Positions 19,171 through 28,822 of a DNA stretch of 64,000 nt are shown here, piece after piece. The position numbers and the translations under genes were made by a program. Position 1 is the stretch's first letter. The number at the start of each line of letters is the position of its first letter. This DNA comes from Candidatus Eiseniibacteriota bacterium. Its GTDB lineage: Bacteria > Eisenbacteria > RBG-16-71-46. The stretch spans positions 1,472,001 through 1,536,000 of the forward strand of contig CAVSAC010000014.1 of the NCBI GenBank assembly GCA_963725865.1. Direction: 5' to 3'. Under the pieces are notes generated by a model. It was not told the DNA's origin. It made no database searches and saw only the letters and a program-made list of their open reading frames with translations.

Positions 19171-20978
19171 GGGCTCGGATTCCTGAGCACCAGGGTGCGC
19201 CACCACACGTCGGGCGAATCGCGCCGCCGCAGTCGCTCGGCGAGTGCTGCGAGCCGGCCGCCGGCGCCACCCGGCTCGACGGGCGCGTCGGCCAGCTCGC
19301 CGACGCCGCGCAGCGCGGACTCCTCGCCGCCCGTGCCCGCAGGGCCCGGAGTCCCGGCGTGCGAGAGCCGCGCCATCTCGGCCTCGACGTCGGGCAGCGC
19401 GCGACGCGAGAGGATCGCGAGGAAGCGCTCGTGTCCGCCCGCGCTGCTGACGCGCCATTCCTTGGAGCGGCCGCCGCTGGTGCCGGGCAGCCGCACGCGT
19501 TCGCCGGCCGGCAGGGGATTGGCGCGATCGAGGCCCGCGAGCGGGAACAGCGTGAAGACGTGGCCCGCGTCGTCCTCGTTGAGCACGTACGCGTATACGG
19601 CCTCGCCGGCGCTCACCTCGAGGAACAGCCGGTCGCCGGTGGTGATCTCGGCGCTCGCGTCCAGCCGTTCGGGGCCCGCGGCGCCGGCGCGGAAGAAGTG
19701 CGCCTCGGCCCCCAGCGCGCCGGGCGCCATCGCCACGGCCGGTGCCGGCGGCACGCCGGCGACCGGAGCGGGCGCGACGGTCGAAGTGCCCGCCGCGGTC
19801 CGCGGCGAGGCGGGAGTGACCGCGGCTCCGGGAGCATGCGGTCGCAGCCGCATGGCGAGCGCCACGAGCACGACGATCGCGAAGCCCGCCGCGAGCGCGA
19901 GCAGGGTGCGGTGTGTGCGGCCGCGCGGCGGCGCCCCAGTCGCCGGCGCCTCCGCGATCACGGGCGCCAAGGTGGCGAGCAGGGCGCGCTCCATCGCGCC
20001 GGCATCGGCGAAGCGGGCCGCCGGGTCGCGCTCGAGCGCGCGCTCCACCGTGGCGACGAACGCGGCCGGCAGCTCCGGGCGCAGCGTCCGGAGCGCGGGG
20101 CGCTCGCCGCGCGCGATCCGCGCGCGGAGCTCGAGAAGGGAATCGCCCTCGATCGGATGGCGCCCGGTGACCAGACGGAACAGCAGCGCGCCGAGCGCGT
20201 AGAGGTCGGAGGCCGGCGTCGCGGCCCCGCCGTCGAGCACCTCGGGCGCGCACGCCAGCGGGGTGGCGAAGCCGGGCGGGCCGTCGCCGCCGTCGCGCTC
20301 GGACCCGGCGCCGAAGTCCATCAGCACGATGCGGCCCGCGCGCGCGTCCTGCCCGGCCGCGCCCGCACCGCCCTCGCGCATCACGTTCGCGGCCTTGAGA
20401 TCGCCGTGCAGCAGCCCCGCGGCGTGGACCGCGGCCAGCGCCGCGCACAGGTCCACGCCCACCAGCGCCGCCTCGCGCGCGCCCATGCGGCCGTGGCGCG
20501 CGAGCCATTCCTCGAGCGTGACGCCGCGCACGTACTCCATCCACATGCCCGCGCGGCGCTCGTGCACCGCGGCGCCGAACACCGTGACCACGTGTGGATG
20601 CCGCACGCGCGCCAGGCGCGGCGCCTCCTCGAGCCAGCGCCGCGCGCCGGGACCGCCCGCGTCGTCGCGGCGCAGCTTGAGCGCCACCTCGCGGCGCAGT
20701 TCGGGATCCCACGCGCGCCACACCTCACTGAACGCGCCCTCGCCGATCCGCTCGCGGGCCACCAGCGGGCCCCAGCGGAACGCGCCCTCGAGCGGCCCCT
20801 CGACGGCGGCCGGCGCGGCGCTGCCGCGGTGCACGCCGGCGATCGACTCGAGCACCCGCAGCTTCGCGAGCGTGCGCCCGAGATCCGCGGGCGCGTCCGC
20901 GGGCCACTCCACCGGACGCGCGTCGGAGACCGCCTCGGCGGCTTTCAGCAGTTCGGGATCGACCGGTTCGTCATCCAC
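19167..20978 (-). CDS. Hanks-type Ser/Thr kinase with TM segment and DUF4384-like extracytoplasmic domain
   Basis: GEGAFSEV, VALK, HGDLKAANV, DFG, APE and SDLYALG motifs. TM LLALAAGFAIVVLVALA. GDRLFLEV...YAYVLNED..G.VFTLFP. Confidence 0.9.
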   Translation of the reverse strand: MDDEPVDPELLKAAEAVSDARPVEWPADAPADLGRTLAKLRVLESIAGVHRGSAAPAAVEGPLEGAFRWGPLVARERIGEGAFSEVWRAWDPELRREVALKLRRDDAGGPGARRWLEEAPRLARVRHPHVVTVFGAAVHERRAGMWMEYVRGVTLEEWLARHGRMGAREAALVGVDLCAALAAVHAAGLLHGDLKAANVMREGGAGAAGQDARAGRIVLMDFGAGSERDGGDGPPGFATPLACAPEVLDGGAATPASDLYALGALLFRLVTGRHPIEGDSLLELRARIARGERPALRTLRPELPAAFVATVERALERDPAARFADAGAMERALLATLAPVIAEAPATGAPPRGRTHRTLLALAAGFAIVVLVALAMRLRPHAPGAAVTPASPRTAAGTSTVAPAPVAGVPPAPAVAMAPGALGAEAHFFRAGAAGPERLDASAEITTGDRLFLEVSAGEAVYAYVLNEDDAGHVFTLFPLAGLDRANPLPAGERVRLPGTSGGRSKEWRVSSAGGHERFLAILSRRALPDVEAEMARLSHAGTPGPAGTGGEESALRGVGELADAPVEPGGAGGRLAALAERLRRRDSPDVWWRTLVLRNPSP

Positions 20979-21570
20979 CCATGCGCTCCGCGATCCGGAC
21001 CAGGGCCCGGCTGATCGTCATACGCACCGCGTTCGCGCTCGGCCGGTCCAACGCCGCGGCGATCTCGGCGTAGCCGTAGTCGAACTCGATCCGCAGCATC
21101 ACCGCCTCGCGCTGGTCCGGAGGCAGCTCCGCCAGCGCGGCTTCGTAGCGCTCCACCGCATCGCGCCCGACCGCCTGCTCGAGCGGCGACGGCGCGTCCG
21201 CGGGCTGCTCCGGATCGGTCTCGCGACCCGCGGGCTTGCGGACCGAGCGGCGCAGCTCCTCGCGCACCGTGTTCAGCAGGATGTGACGCAGGTACGCGAG
21301 GAACGCCCCCTCGCGCCGCGGCTCGAAGGCGTCCAATCGATTCAATGCCCGAAGCAGGGTGACCTGCACAAGGTCGTCGGTGTCGGCGAGTCCGCGCGCG
21401 TGGACCGGCAGGCGGCCGTGCGCCCAGCGCCGCAGCAGCGGGTGGAAGCGGCGGAACAGCTCCTCGCGCGCCTCGTCGTCGCCGGCGTGGATGCGCTCGA
21501 AGAGCACCGCGGTGGAGTCGGGGGGCGCGGTCCCGGGGCGATCCGGCCGTGGGGCCACTGGGTCTGCCAT
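20971..21570 (-). CDS. ECF sigma factor of the kinase-associated type
   Basis: STAVLFERIHAGD, DTDDLVQ, FLAYLRHI and ANAVRMTISRAL. No anti-sigma gene adjacent. Stop overlaps the kinase start. Confidence 0.9.
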   Translation of the reverse strand: MADPVAPRPDRPGTAPPDSTAVLFERIHAGDDEAREELFRRFHPLLRRWAHGRLPVHARGLADTDDLVQVTLLRALNRLDAFEPRREGAFLAYLRHILLNTVREELRRSVRKPAGRETDPEQPADAPSPLEQAVGRDAVERYEAALAELPPDQREAVMLRIEFDYGYAEIAAALDRPSANAVRMTISRALVRIAERMGG

Positions 21571-21794
21571 GAGATCTCCGGGGGTGGGATGCGCACCGAT
21601 TGAAGCCGCGGCGACTCCGCGCGTCAAAGGATTTCGCCGGGCGCTTCCGCGGCCGGATCGGCGGTCACCCGCGGGGGCGCGAGCCTCCGGGCGACCGGCG
21701 CCGGGCGGGAGCCCGATGCGCGTTCGGCCGCGCCCGCGTGGCAGCGGCGTGGGATGCTGGTATCGTGCTCGCTCACCGTTCTCGGGAGGCCGTC

Positions 21795-22850
21795 ATGAGG
21801 ATCCTCGTGCTCGGCGGCGGGCAGCAGGGGCGCGTCATCGCGTCCGACCTCGCGCGCGCGCTGCCCTCCGCAGTCGTCGATGTGGCCGATGTGCGCTCGC
21901 CGCACCTGCCGGCGCTGCCCAACCTGCGCTGGCTCGAAGCCGACGGTGGCGACATCGAAGGCGTCGCGCGCCTGATGCGCGACCACGATCTCGCCGTGGG
22001 CGCGCTGCCCGCGCGGCTCGGCTACGGCGTGATGCAGGCCGCGATCGCGGCGAAGCGCCCGCTGGTGGACGTGTCGTTCTGCGAGCAGGACGCGCTTACG
22101 CTCGACGGCGCCGCGCGCGCGGCCGGCATCGCGATCCTCCCCGACGCCGGATTGGCGCCCGGACTCAGTCATCTGTCGGTCGGCAACGCGGCGGCCGACG
22201 GCACGCCGGACGAGGTGCTCATCATGGTCGGCGGGGTCGCGCAGGACCGCTCGGCGCCCTACGGCTACGTCGTTACCTGGTCGCTCGAGGACCTGCTGGC
22301 GGAGTACACGCGGCCGGCGCGGGTGGTGATCGACGGCGCGCCCGCGGTGGTCCCGGTGTTCAGCGGGCTCGGGCCGGTCGAGGTCACGGGTGCCGGCACC
22401 ATGGAGGCCTTCTACAGCGACGGCCTGCGCACGCTGATCGAGACCGTGCCCGGGGTGCGCACGATGGGAGAGATGACGCTGCGCTGGCCGGGCCACGTCG
22501 CGGCGATCCAGCCACTGCTGGCGGCGGACACGCTGGTGGAGACGCTGCGCGCCCGCTGCGTCGCCGAGCCCGCGCGCGACCTGGTGGCGCTGGTCGTGAA
22601 GGTGCGCCGCGGCAACCGCACGCGCACCCTGACGCTGATCGACCGCTACGACGAGGCCTCCGGGCTCACCGCGATGGCGCGCACGACCGCGCTCACGACC
22701 TCGATGACTGCGCAGCTGGTGGTGGCGGGGCTGGTGCGTGGGGCCGGCGTGCTGCCGCTGGAGCGCGTGGGCGGTGATCCCGCCGTGTGGGAGTTCATGC
22801 TGGCCGGCCTGGCGGCGCGCGGCGTGCGGCTGGGCTGGCAGGTCGCGTGA
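21795..22850 (+). CDS. Saccharopine dehydrogenase / lysine 6-dehydrogenase family protein
   Basis: ILVLGGGQQG Rossmann motif, GLAPGLS, TWSLEDL, EAFYSDGLRTL, TLRWPGH and TAMARTT. Confidence 0.85.
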   Translation: MRILVLGGGQQGRVIASDLARALPSAVVDVADVRSPHLPALPNLRWLEADGGDIEGVARLMRDHDLAVGALPARLGYGVMQAAIAAKRPLVDVSFCEQDALTLDGAARAAGIAILPDAGLAPGLSHLSVGNAAADGTPDEVLIMVGGVAQDRSAPYGYVVTWSLEDLLAEYTRPARVVIDGAPAVVPVFSGLGPVEVTGAGTMEAFYSDGLRTLIETVPGVRTMGEMTLRWPGHVAAIQPLLAADTLVETLRARCVAEPARDLVALVVKVRRGNRTRTLTLIDRYDEASGLTAMARTTALTTSMTAQLVVAGLVRGAGVLPLERVGGDPAVWEFMLAGLAARGVRLGWQVA

Positions 22851-22854
22851 TCCG

Positions 22855-24060
22855 ATGACCGGGGCCGGCCTGCTCGAGATCCACGTCCGCGAGGGCAACC
22901 CCGACTTCCTCGATCTGCCGTGGGCGCGCCCGCTCGAGGCGTGGTCGGGGCTCTGCACGCGCCTGGTCGAGGTGCAGCGCGGGCTCTCGCGCCACGAGGT
23001 GCGGTTCGTCGGCTACAAGCAGGGCGTCTACGCGCTCAAGGAGCTGCCGCCAGCGGTGGCCGAGCGCGAGTACGACGCCCTGCGCGCGCTCGAGGACCGC
23101 ATGCTGCCCGCGGTGCGCCCGGTGGGCTACGCGCGCGCCCGTCACGCGCCGGGCCCCGAGGGCGAGACCGCGATGCTGATCACGCGCTATCTCGACGACT
23201 CGGTGCCGTATCGAACCCTGTTCATGCAGAAGGGCATGGAGCGCTACCGCGAGCGGCTGCTCGACGCGATCGCAAGCCTCATCGTGAAGCTCCACCTCGC
23301 CGGCTTCTACTGGGGCGACTGCTCGCTCTCGAACACGCTGTTCCGCCGCGACGCCGGCGAGCTGCAGGCCACGCTGGTGGACGCCGAGACGTCGGAGGCG
23401 CACGAGAGCCTGTCGGACGGCCAGCGCCGGCAGGACCTGATGATCATGGAGGAGAACGTCAGCGGCGAGACCGCCGACCTCGCGGCCATGGTGGAGCTGC
23501 CGCCGGCGCTGGGCACGCTCGACACCGGCGAGAACATCCGGCAACGCTACGAGCGGCTGTGGGGCGAGATCACGCGCGCCGAGGTCATCGCCCCGGCCGA
23601 CCGCTGGCGCATCCACGAGCGCATCCGCGCGCTCAACGAGCTGGGCTTCTCGGTGAGCGAGGTCGAGCTGGTCGCGACCGGCGAGGGCGACCGCCTGCGC
23701 ATGCGGACGATCGTGACCGATCGTGACTACCACCGCCGCATGCTGCACAGCCTCACCGGGCTGGTGGCCGGCGACCGCCAGGCGGCGCTGATGCTCAACG
23801 AGATCCGCGAGCTGCGCGCCACGCTCGCGCGCGAGCGCAACCAGAGCGTGCCGTTGAGCGTGGCCGCGTTCACCTGGCTGGAGCAGCGCTTCGAGCCGGC
23901 GATGGAGCGGCTGCGGCCGGCGCTGGACTCGGTGGGCGACCCCGCCGAGCTCTACTGCCAGGTGCTGGAGCACAAGTGGTACCTCTCCGAGCAGGCCGGC
24001 CGGGACGTCGGGATGGACTTCGCGATCACCGACTATCTGAAGCGGGTCCAGGACGCGTGA
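22855..24060 (+). CDS. DUF4032 domain protein (LPS-kinase-like fold)
   Basis: FLDLPW, GLSRHEVRF, YWGDCSLSNTLFRRDAG, LVDAET and LEHKWYLSE. Confidence 0.85.
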   Translation: MTGAGLLEIHVREGNPDFLDLPWARPLEAWSGLCTRLVEVQRGLSRHEVRFVGYKQGVYALKELPPAVAEREYDALRALEDRMLPAVRPVGYARARHAPGPEGETAMLITRYLDDSVPYRTLFMQKGMERYRERLLDAIASLIVKLHLAGFYWGDCSLSNTLFRRDAGELQATLVDAETSEAHESLSDGQRRQDLMIMEENVSGETADLAAMVELPPALGTLDTGENIRQRYERLWGEITRAEVIAPADRWRIHERIRALNELGFSVSEVELVATGEGDRLRMRTIVTDRDYHRRMLHSLTGLVAGDRQAALMLNEIRELRATLARERNQSVPLSVAAFTWLEQRFEPAMERLRPALDSVGDPAELYCQVLEHKWYLSEQAGRDVGMDFAITDYLKRVQDA

Positions 24061-24317
24061 GGTTGGAATGGGGCGAGCGATGAGCGGTTCCTGTGGGAAG
24101 CTCCGGCGTTCGAGACGATGCGGGCCTCGCAGTCGAAGCCGTCGTGCGTTCTGCGTGCGCCTCGCTCCCACGGGGCGAGCACCAGACCTGAATTCCCGTC
24201 CGATCCGACTCCCGGGGAGCAGGTCGGTGGAGGTGCATCTCGCGGAATAGAATCCACAGCTATCACGGTTTGGTCCCGCGTCGATCGGCGACCGGGCTCC
24301 GCGGCGCCGTCGCGTGC

Positions 24318-25265
24318 ATGGCATTGGTGGTGAGTTGCATCGTCGGGCCGAGCTGCAGTGGGCGGCGGGTCGTGGCGCCCGGTGGCTGTCCGCAGGGCGT
24401 TCGCGTCGGCGCGATCGATACTTGGCCAAGCTGGGGTGGCACCGCGGATCGAATCTACTACGTGCGTCGATCCCGGGTTGCTCCCGAATCCACCTGGCTT
24501 GCAGTGGTGGACCTACACGGGAACTCCACGCTCTTGGCCCCCCTGCCGTACGGAGTTCAGGAGCTCGACTGCAATCCGAACACCGGGATGGCGGTGTTCG
24601 GGATCGGTTTGGAACTCGGCTATCTGAACATGGAGAACGGCGACACCGGGCTGCTGACCAGTGGCGGGCAAGGCGCGCATTGGCCGCAATGGAGTCCGCA
24701 GGGCACCTCGGTGGCATACAGCCGCGTCTTGCGCTATCCGTCTGCCCCGGACTCGACCGCTGGGGTGCGGATACTGGATCTGCTGAGCGGCGCGGATCGA
24801 GCCCTCATGAGAACCAGTTCCAGAGCCTGGCATTCGCGTGGGCCGATCGCTTGGTCGCCGCAGGGCGACAGTCTCGCCTTCGTGAGTGCGGACTCCCTCG
24901 TCGATGGAAGAACGCCTCTGGTGATCGTCCCGCTGGGCGGTGGAGCAGGAATGTTGATCGGGTGGACGGACGGGGTTCCCGGCGGGATCGCGTGGCTCAA
25001 AGACGGCTCTGGATGGCTGTTCGATTCGACGCCTCGGGACTGTCCTGTGAACGAATCGCAGCGACGAACGTGGGCGATGCGACTCGATGGCGTGGTCGTG
25101 CCATTTCCGTGGAATCTGGGCGACGCACGTGTGTTCAATGGCTATCCGTTCGACCTGTCGGCCGACCAATCCGAGAGCGTGCATGTCGGTCTCGCCGACG
25201 GAGTGGGGCTGATCTGCGTGACGAGTCTCATTACTGGGAGCACGAGGGTCGTCACGACGCGGTGA
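24318..25265 (+). CDS. TolB-like / PD40 beta-propeller protein, possibly a lipoprotein (start uncertain, 24270 or 24318)
   Basis: WPSW, WPQWSPQG and IAWSPQGD blade motifs. Cys-containing hydrophobic N-terminus. Visibly lower GC than flanking genes. Confidence 0.6.
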   Translation: MALVVSCIVGPSCSGRRVVAPGGCPQGVRVGAIDTWPSWGGTADRIYYVRRSRVAPESTWLAVVDLHGNSTLLAPLPYGVQELDCNPNTGMAVFGIGLELGYLNMENGDTGLLTSGGQGAHWPQWSPQGTSVAYSRVLRYPSAPDSTAGVRILDLLSGADRALMRTSSRAWHSRGPIAWSPQGDSLAFVSADSLVDGRTPLVIVPLGGGAGMLIGWTDGVPGGIAWLKDGSGWLFDSTPRDCPVNESQRRTWAMRLDGVVVPFPWNLGDARVFNGYPFDLSADQSESVHVGLADGVGLICVTSLITGSTRVVTTR

Positions 25266-25570
25266 CGCTCAGTCGACAGCCGCGCCACCCACGAGACGGC
25301 TCTAGTCGGAGTATTTCGAGGGTCATTCAGTTGGCGAGCCGACCGCGCCGCCGTTCCGGACGTCCGAGGACTTGCCGCATCCATCTCGACTGAGGACCAA
25401 CGCCGACAACGGGTTGGGCGGCAGTCTGAGTGCCAAGGGCCCAACTGGGTCCCGCATCGCGCCCCGTCCGCGCCCCGCTCCCACTCGTACCTTTCGCCAC
25501 AAGTGTGACTTAGCCGGCAACTGTAGACTTTTGTAACTGACGTGAATCGTTTATCTTCCGGGTGCAATCT

Positions 25571-25588
25571 AACCCTAGCGTGAGGGTT
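25571..25588. promoter_or_regulatory. Putative MerR-type operator palindrome
   Basis: AACCCT-agcgtg-AGGGTT, in an AT-rich stretch immediately before the MerR gene. Confidence 0.45.
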
Positions 25589-25592
25589 CGAC

Positions 25593-26147
25593 TTGGCTAC
25601 CGACTCCATCAGTAAGCCCCATCTCCTCAAGATCGGGGATCTGGCGCGCGCCACCCAGAAGACGGTGCGGGCCATCCACCTGTACGAGGAGCTCGGGCTG
25701 CTGCAGCCGGCCACGCGATCGAGCGGCGGATTCCGCCTCTACGATCCCGCCGCGGTCGAGCGCGTGCGCTGGATCGACCTGCTTCACGGGCTGGGCTTCT
25801 CGCTCCAGGACATGCGCCGGCTGCTGCGGTCCTGGTGGACCGCCGATCTCGGTCCCGGGGCGATGAGCGAGCTGCGCACGCTGTTCACGCACAAGCTCGA
25901 GGAGACGCGCGCGTCGCTGAGTCGTTTCGAACAGCTCGAGCGCGAACTGGTCGAAGGCCTGTCGTACCTGGAGACCTGCCGGGAGTGCGCGTCGCCGTCG
26001 ACGGTGCGCGCATGCCTGAAGTGCGGTCTCGACCACGGCACCACGGTCGAGCCAGCGCTGCTGGCCGGTCTCAAGTCCGCTCCCGAAGCAGGGCGCAAGT
26101 CGCCCCGCGGCGGGTTCGTCCGAGTCGAAGACATAACGAGCGAGTGA
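25593..26147 (+). CDS. MerR-family transcriptional regulator with C-terminal CxxC-x8-CxxC
   Basis: LKIGDLA...TVRAIHLYEELGLL.P..RS.GGFRLY HTH, GFSLQDM and CRECASPSTVRACLKC. Confidence 0.88.
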   Translation: MATDSISKPHLLKIGDLARATQKTVRAIHLYEELGLLQPATRSSGGFRLYDPAAVERVRWIDLLHGLGFSLQDMRRLLRSWWTADLGPGAMSELRTLFTHKLEETRASLSRFEQLERELVEGLSYLETCRECASPSTVRACLKCGLDHGTTVEPALLAGLKSAPEAGRKSPRGGFVRVEDITSE

Positions 26148-26148
26148 C

Positions 26149-26514
26149 ATGGATCTGCCCATCGTCGGTCCCGATTCGCCGGTGTCCGTGAACGACATCG
26201 TCCACTTCACCCCGCTCGCCGCCGAGAAGGCGCGCGAGATGCTCGAGCAGCGCAGCATGCCGGCGCTGCGGCTCGGGGTGCGCGGCGGCGGCTGTTCGGG
26301 CAATTCGTACGTGATGGAGTACTGCCAGCAGGAGGGCGATGGCGACCTCGTCATCGAGAGCCACGGCGTCCGACTCGTGGTCGACCGCAAGAGCGCGCAG
26401 CTCCTGAGCGGCACCGAGATCGACTACGTGACCGGCCTGATGGGCTCCGGATTCAAGTTCAACAACCCGAACGTCCGCCACGCGTGCGCGTGCGGCGAGT
26501 CCTTCTCGGTGTGA
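26149..26514 (+). CDS. A-type Fe-S carrier (IscA/SufA/HesB family)
   Basis: GGGCSG, GFKFNNPN and CACGESF. Confidence 0.95.
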   Translation: MDLPIVGPDSPVSVNDIVHFTPLAAEKAREMLEQRSMPALRLGVRGGGCSGNSYVMEYCQQEGDGDLVIESHGVRLVVDRKSAQLLSGTEIDYVTGLMGSGFKFNNPNVRHACACGESFSV

Positions 26515-26609
26515 CCCACGATACGAACGGGGCGAGGACCGTCGCGCGCGTCGCGACGGCTCCGCGCCCCTGAACCGCCGCCCGAGCGCGGCAGCGAGAA
26601 CCCACACGC

Positions 26610-27416
26610 ATGAGCCAGACGCCCGAACTCGTCGTGAAGGACCTCCACGTCGCGGTGGAGGGCAAGGAGATCCTCAAGGGCCTCAACCTGGAGATCCGCA
26701 AGGGTGAGGTGCACGCCATCATGGGCCCGAACGGCTCGGGCAAGAGCACGTTCGCGAACACGCTCATGGGCCACCCGAAGTACGAGGTGACCCGCGGCGA
26801 CATCCTCTACAAGGGCGAGAGCGTCCTCGAGATGGCGACCGACGAGCGCTCGCGTGCCGGACTCTTCATGGCCTTCCAGTACCCGGTCGCGATCCCCGGG
26901 CTGACGATGGCGTCGTTCCTGCGCGCCGCCATCAACGCGCGCCTCGCGCCGCCGGCGGCCGAGGATGGCTCGATGCCGAAGAAGCGCGGCATGGCTCCCA
27001 AGGAGTTCCGCGACCTGCTGCGCCAGAAGATGGCGCTGCTCAAGATGGACGAGTCGTTCGCGACCCGCTACCTGAACGATGGATTCTCGGGCGGCGAGAA
27101 GAAGCGCGCCGAGATCCTGCAGATGGCGCTGCTCAAGCCCGAGATCGCGATCATGGACGAGACCGACTCGGGGCTCGACATCGACGCTCTGCGAGTGGTG
27201 TCCGAAGGCGTGAACGCGCTGAGCGGTCCCGACCTGGGCGTGATCGTGATCACCCACTACAACCGCATCCTCAACTACATCAAGCCCGACTACGTCCACG
27301 TCATGGTCGACGGCCGCATCCAGGCTTCGGGCGGGCCCGAGATGGCCCTGACGCTCGAGAGCCGCGGGTACGACTGGGTGAGCGAAGGCAACGGCAAGGA
27401 GGTGGAGGTCCGATGA
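26610..27416 (+). CDS. sufC: Fe-S cluster assembly ATPase SufC
   Basis: [22 protein letters not shown] and [11 protein letters not shown]. Confidence 0.97.
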   Translation: MSQTPELVVKDLHVAVEGKEILKGLNLEIRKGEVHAIMGPNGSGKSTFANTLMGHPKYEVTRGDILYKGESVLEMATDERSRAGLFMAFQYPVAIPGLTMASFLRAAINARLAPPAAEDGSMPKKRGMAPKEFRDLLRQKMALLKMDESFATRYLNDGFSGGEKKRAEILQMALLKPEIAIMDETDSGLDIDALRVVSEGVNALSGPDLGVIVITHYNRILNYIKPDYVHVMVDGRIQASGGPEMALTLESRGYDWVSEGNGKEVEVR

Positions 27417-28822
27417 GCACTGGTCCCGAGCTGGATCTCCGCGATTCCTACGAGGTGAAGTACGGCTTCCACGACACCGAGCAGTCGGTGTTCAAGTCGC
27501 GCAAGGGGCTCGACCCCGAGATCGTGGCGCAGATCTCCGAGCTCAAGGGCGAGCCGCGCTGGATGCTCGACTACCGTCTCAAGGCGCTCGAGATCTTCCG
27601 CCAGAAGCCGATGCCGAAGTGGGGCGGCAACCTCGGCGACATCGACTTCCAGGACATCTACTACTACGTCAAGCCGACCTCCGAGGAAGCCAAGTCCTGG
27701 GACGATGTGCCGGCGGACATGAAGCGCACGTTCGACAAGCTGGGGATCCCCGAGGCCGAGCAGAAGTTCCTGTCCGGCGTCGGCGCCCAGTACGACTCCG
27801 AGGTCGTCTACCACAAGATCCAGGAGAAGCTCGAGAAGCAGGGTGTGATCTTCCTGTCGTGCGATCACGGGCTCAAGGAGCACGAGGAGCTGTTCAAGCA
27901 GTACTTCGGAACCGTGATCCCGTCGAACGACAACAAGTTCGCGGCGCTCAACTCGGCGGTGTGGTCGGGCGGCTCGTTCATCTACGTGCCGAAGGGCGTG
28001 CACGTCGACGTGCCGCTGCAGGCGTACTTCCGGATCAACACCAAGGACATGGGCCAGTTCGAGCGCACGCTCATCATCGTCGACGAGGGCGCCTACGTGC
28101 ACTACGTCGAAGGGTGCACGGCGCCGACCTATTCGAGCGACTCGCTCCACTCGGCGGTGGTCGAGATCATCGTCAAGCAGGGCGGGCGCTGCCGCTACAC
28201 GACCATCCAGAACTGGTCGAACAACGTCTACAACCTGGTCACCAAGCGCGCGCTGGCGTATCGCGACGCCACGATGGAGTGGGTCGACGGGAACCTGGGC
28301 TCGAAGCTGACCATGAAATACCCGGCGGTGTGGATGATGGAGCCGGGCGCCCACGGCGAGATCCTCTCGATCGCCTTCGCCGGCAAGGGCCAGCATCAGG
28401 ACGCCGGCGCCAAGGTGGTGCACATGGCCCCGAACACCTCGAGCAAGATCATCTCGAAGTCGATCAGCAAGGACGGCGGGCGCGCGGGCTACCGCGGCCT
28501 GGTGAAGGTGGCGAAGGGCGCGGTGAATTCGCGCAGCACGGTGAACTGCGACGCGTTGATCCTCGACGAGACGTCGCGCTCGGACACCTATCCGACCATG
28601 GAGATCGAGGAGGACCGCGTCACCATCGGTCACGAGGCCACGGTCTCGAAGATCGGCGACGAGCAGCTGTTCTACCTGATGGCGCGCGGCATCAAGGGCG
28701 AGGAGGCCGCCGCGATGATCGTCGCGGGGTTCATCGAGCCGGTCGTGAAGGAGCTGCCGATGGAGTACGCGGTCGAGATGAACCGCCTCATCCAGCTCCA
28801 GATGGAGGGCTCGGTCGGATGA
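27413..28822 (+). CDS. sufB: Fe-S cluster assembly protein SufB
   Basis: [29 protein letters not shown] and [10 protein letters not shown]. Confidence 0.97.
   Translation: MSTGPELDLRDSYEVKYGFHDTEQSVFKSRKGLDPEIVAQISELKGEPRWMLDYRLKALEIFRQKPMPKWGGNLGDIDFQDIYYYVKPTSEEAKSWDDVPADMKRTFDKLGIPEAEQKFLSGVGAQYDSEVVYHKIQEKLEKQGVIFLSCDHGLKEHEELFKQYFGTVIPSNDNKFAALNSAVWSGGSFIYVPKGVHVDVPLQAYFRINTKDMGQFERTLIIVDEGAYVHYVEGCTAPTYSSDSLHSAVVEIIVKQGGRCRYTTIQNWSNNVYNLVTKRALAYRDATMEWVDGNLGSKLTMKYPAVWMMEPGAHGEILSIAFAGKGQHQDAGAKVVHMAPNTSSKIISKSISKDGGRAGYRGLVKVAKGAVNSRSTVNCDALILDETSRSDTYPTMEIEEDRVTIGHEATVSKIGDEQLFYLMARGIKGEEAAAMIVAGFIEPVVKELPMEYAVEMNRLIQLQMEGSVG

Noticed and set aside
15802..20721. 1639-aa ORF as a single protein
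   Set aside because: The upstream part is an off-frame read of the kinase gene. The CHAT protein plausibly starts at ATG 19170, overlapping the kinase stop.
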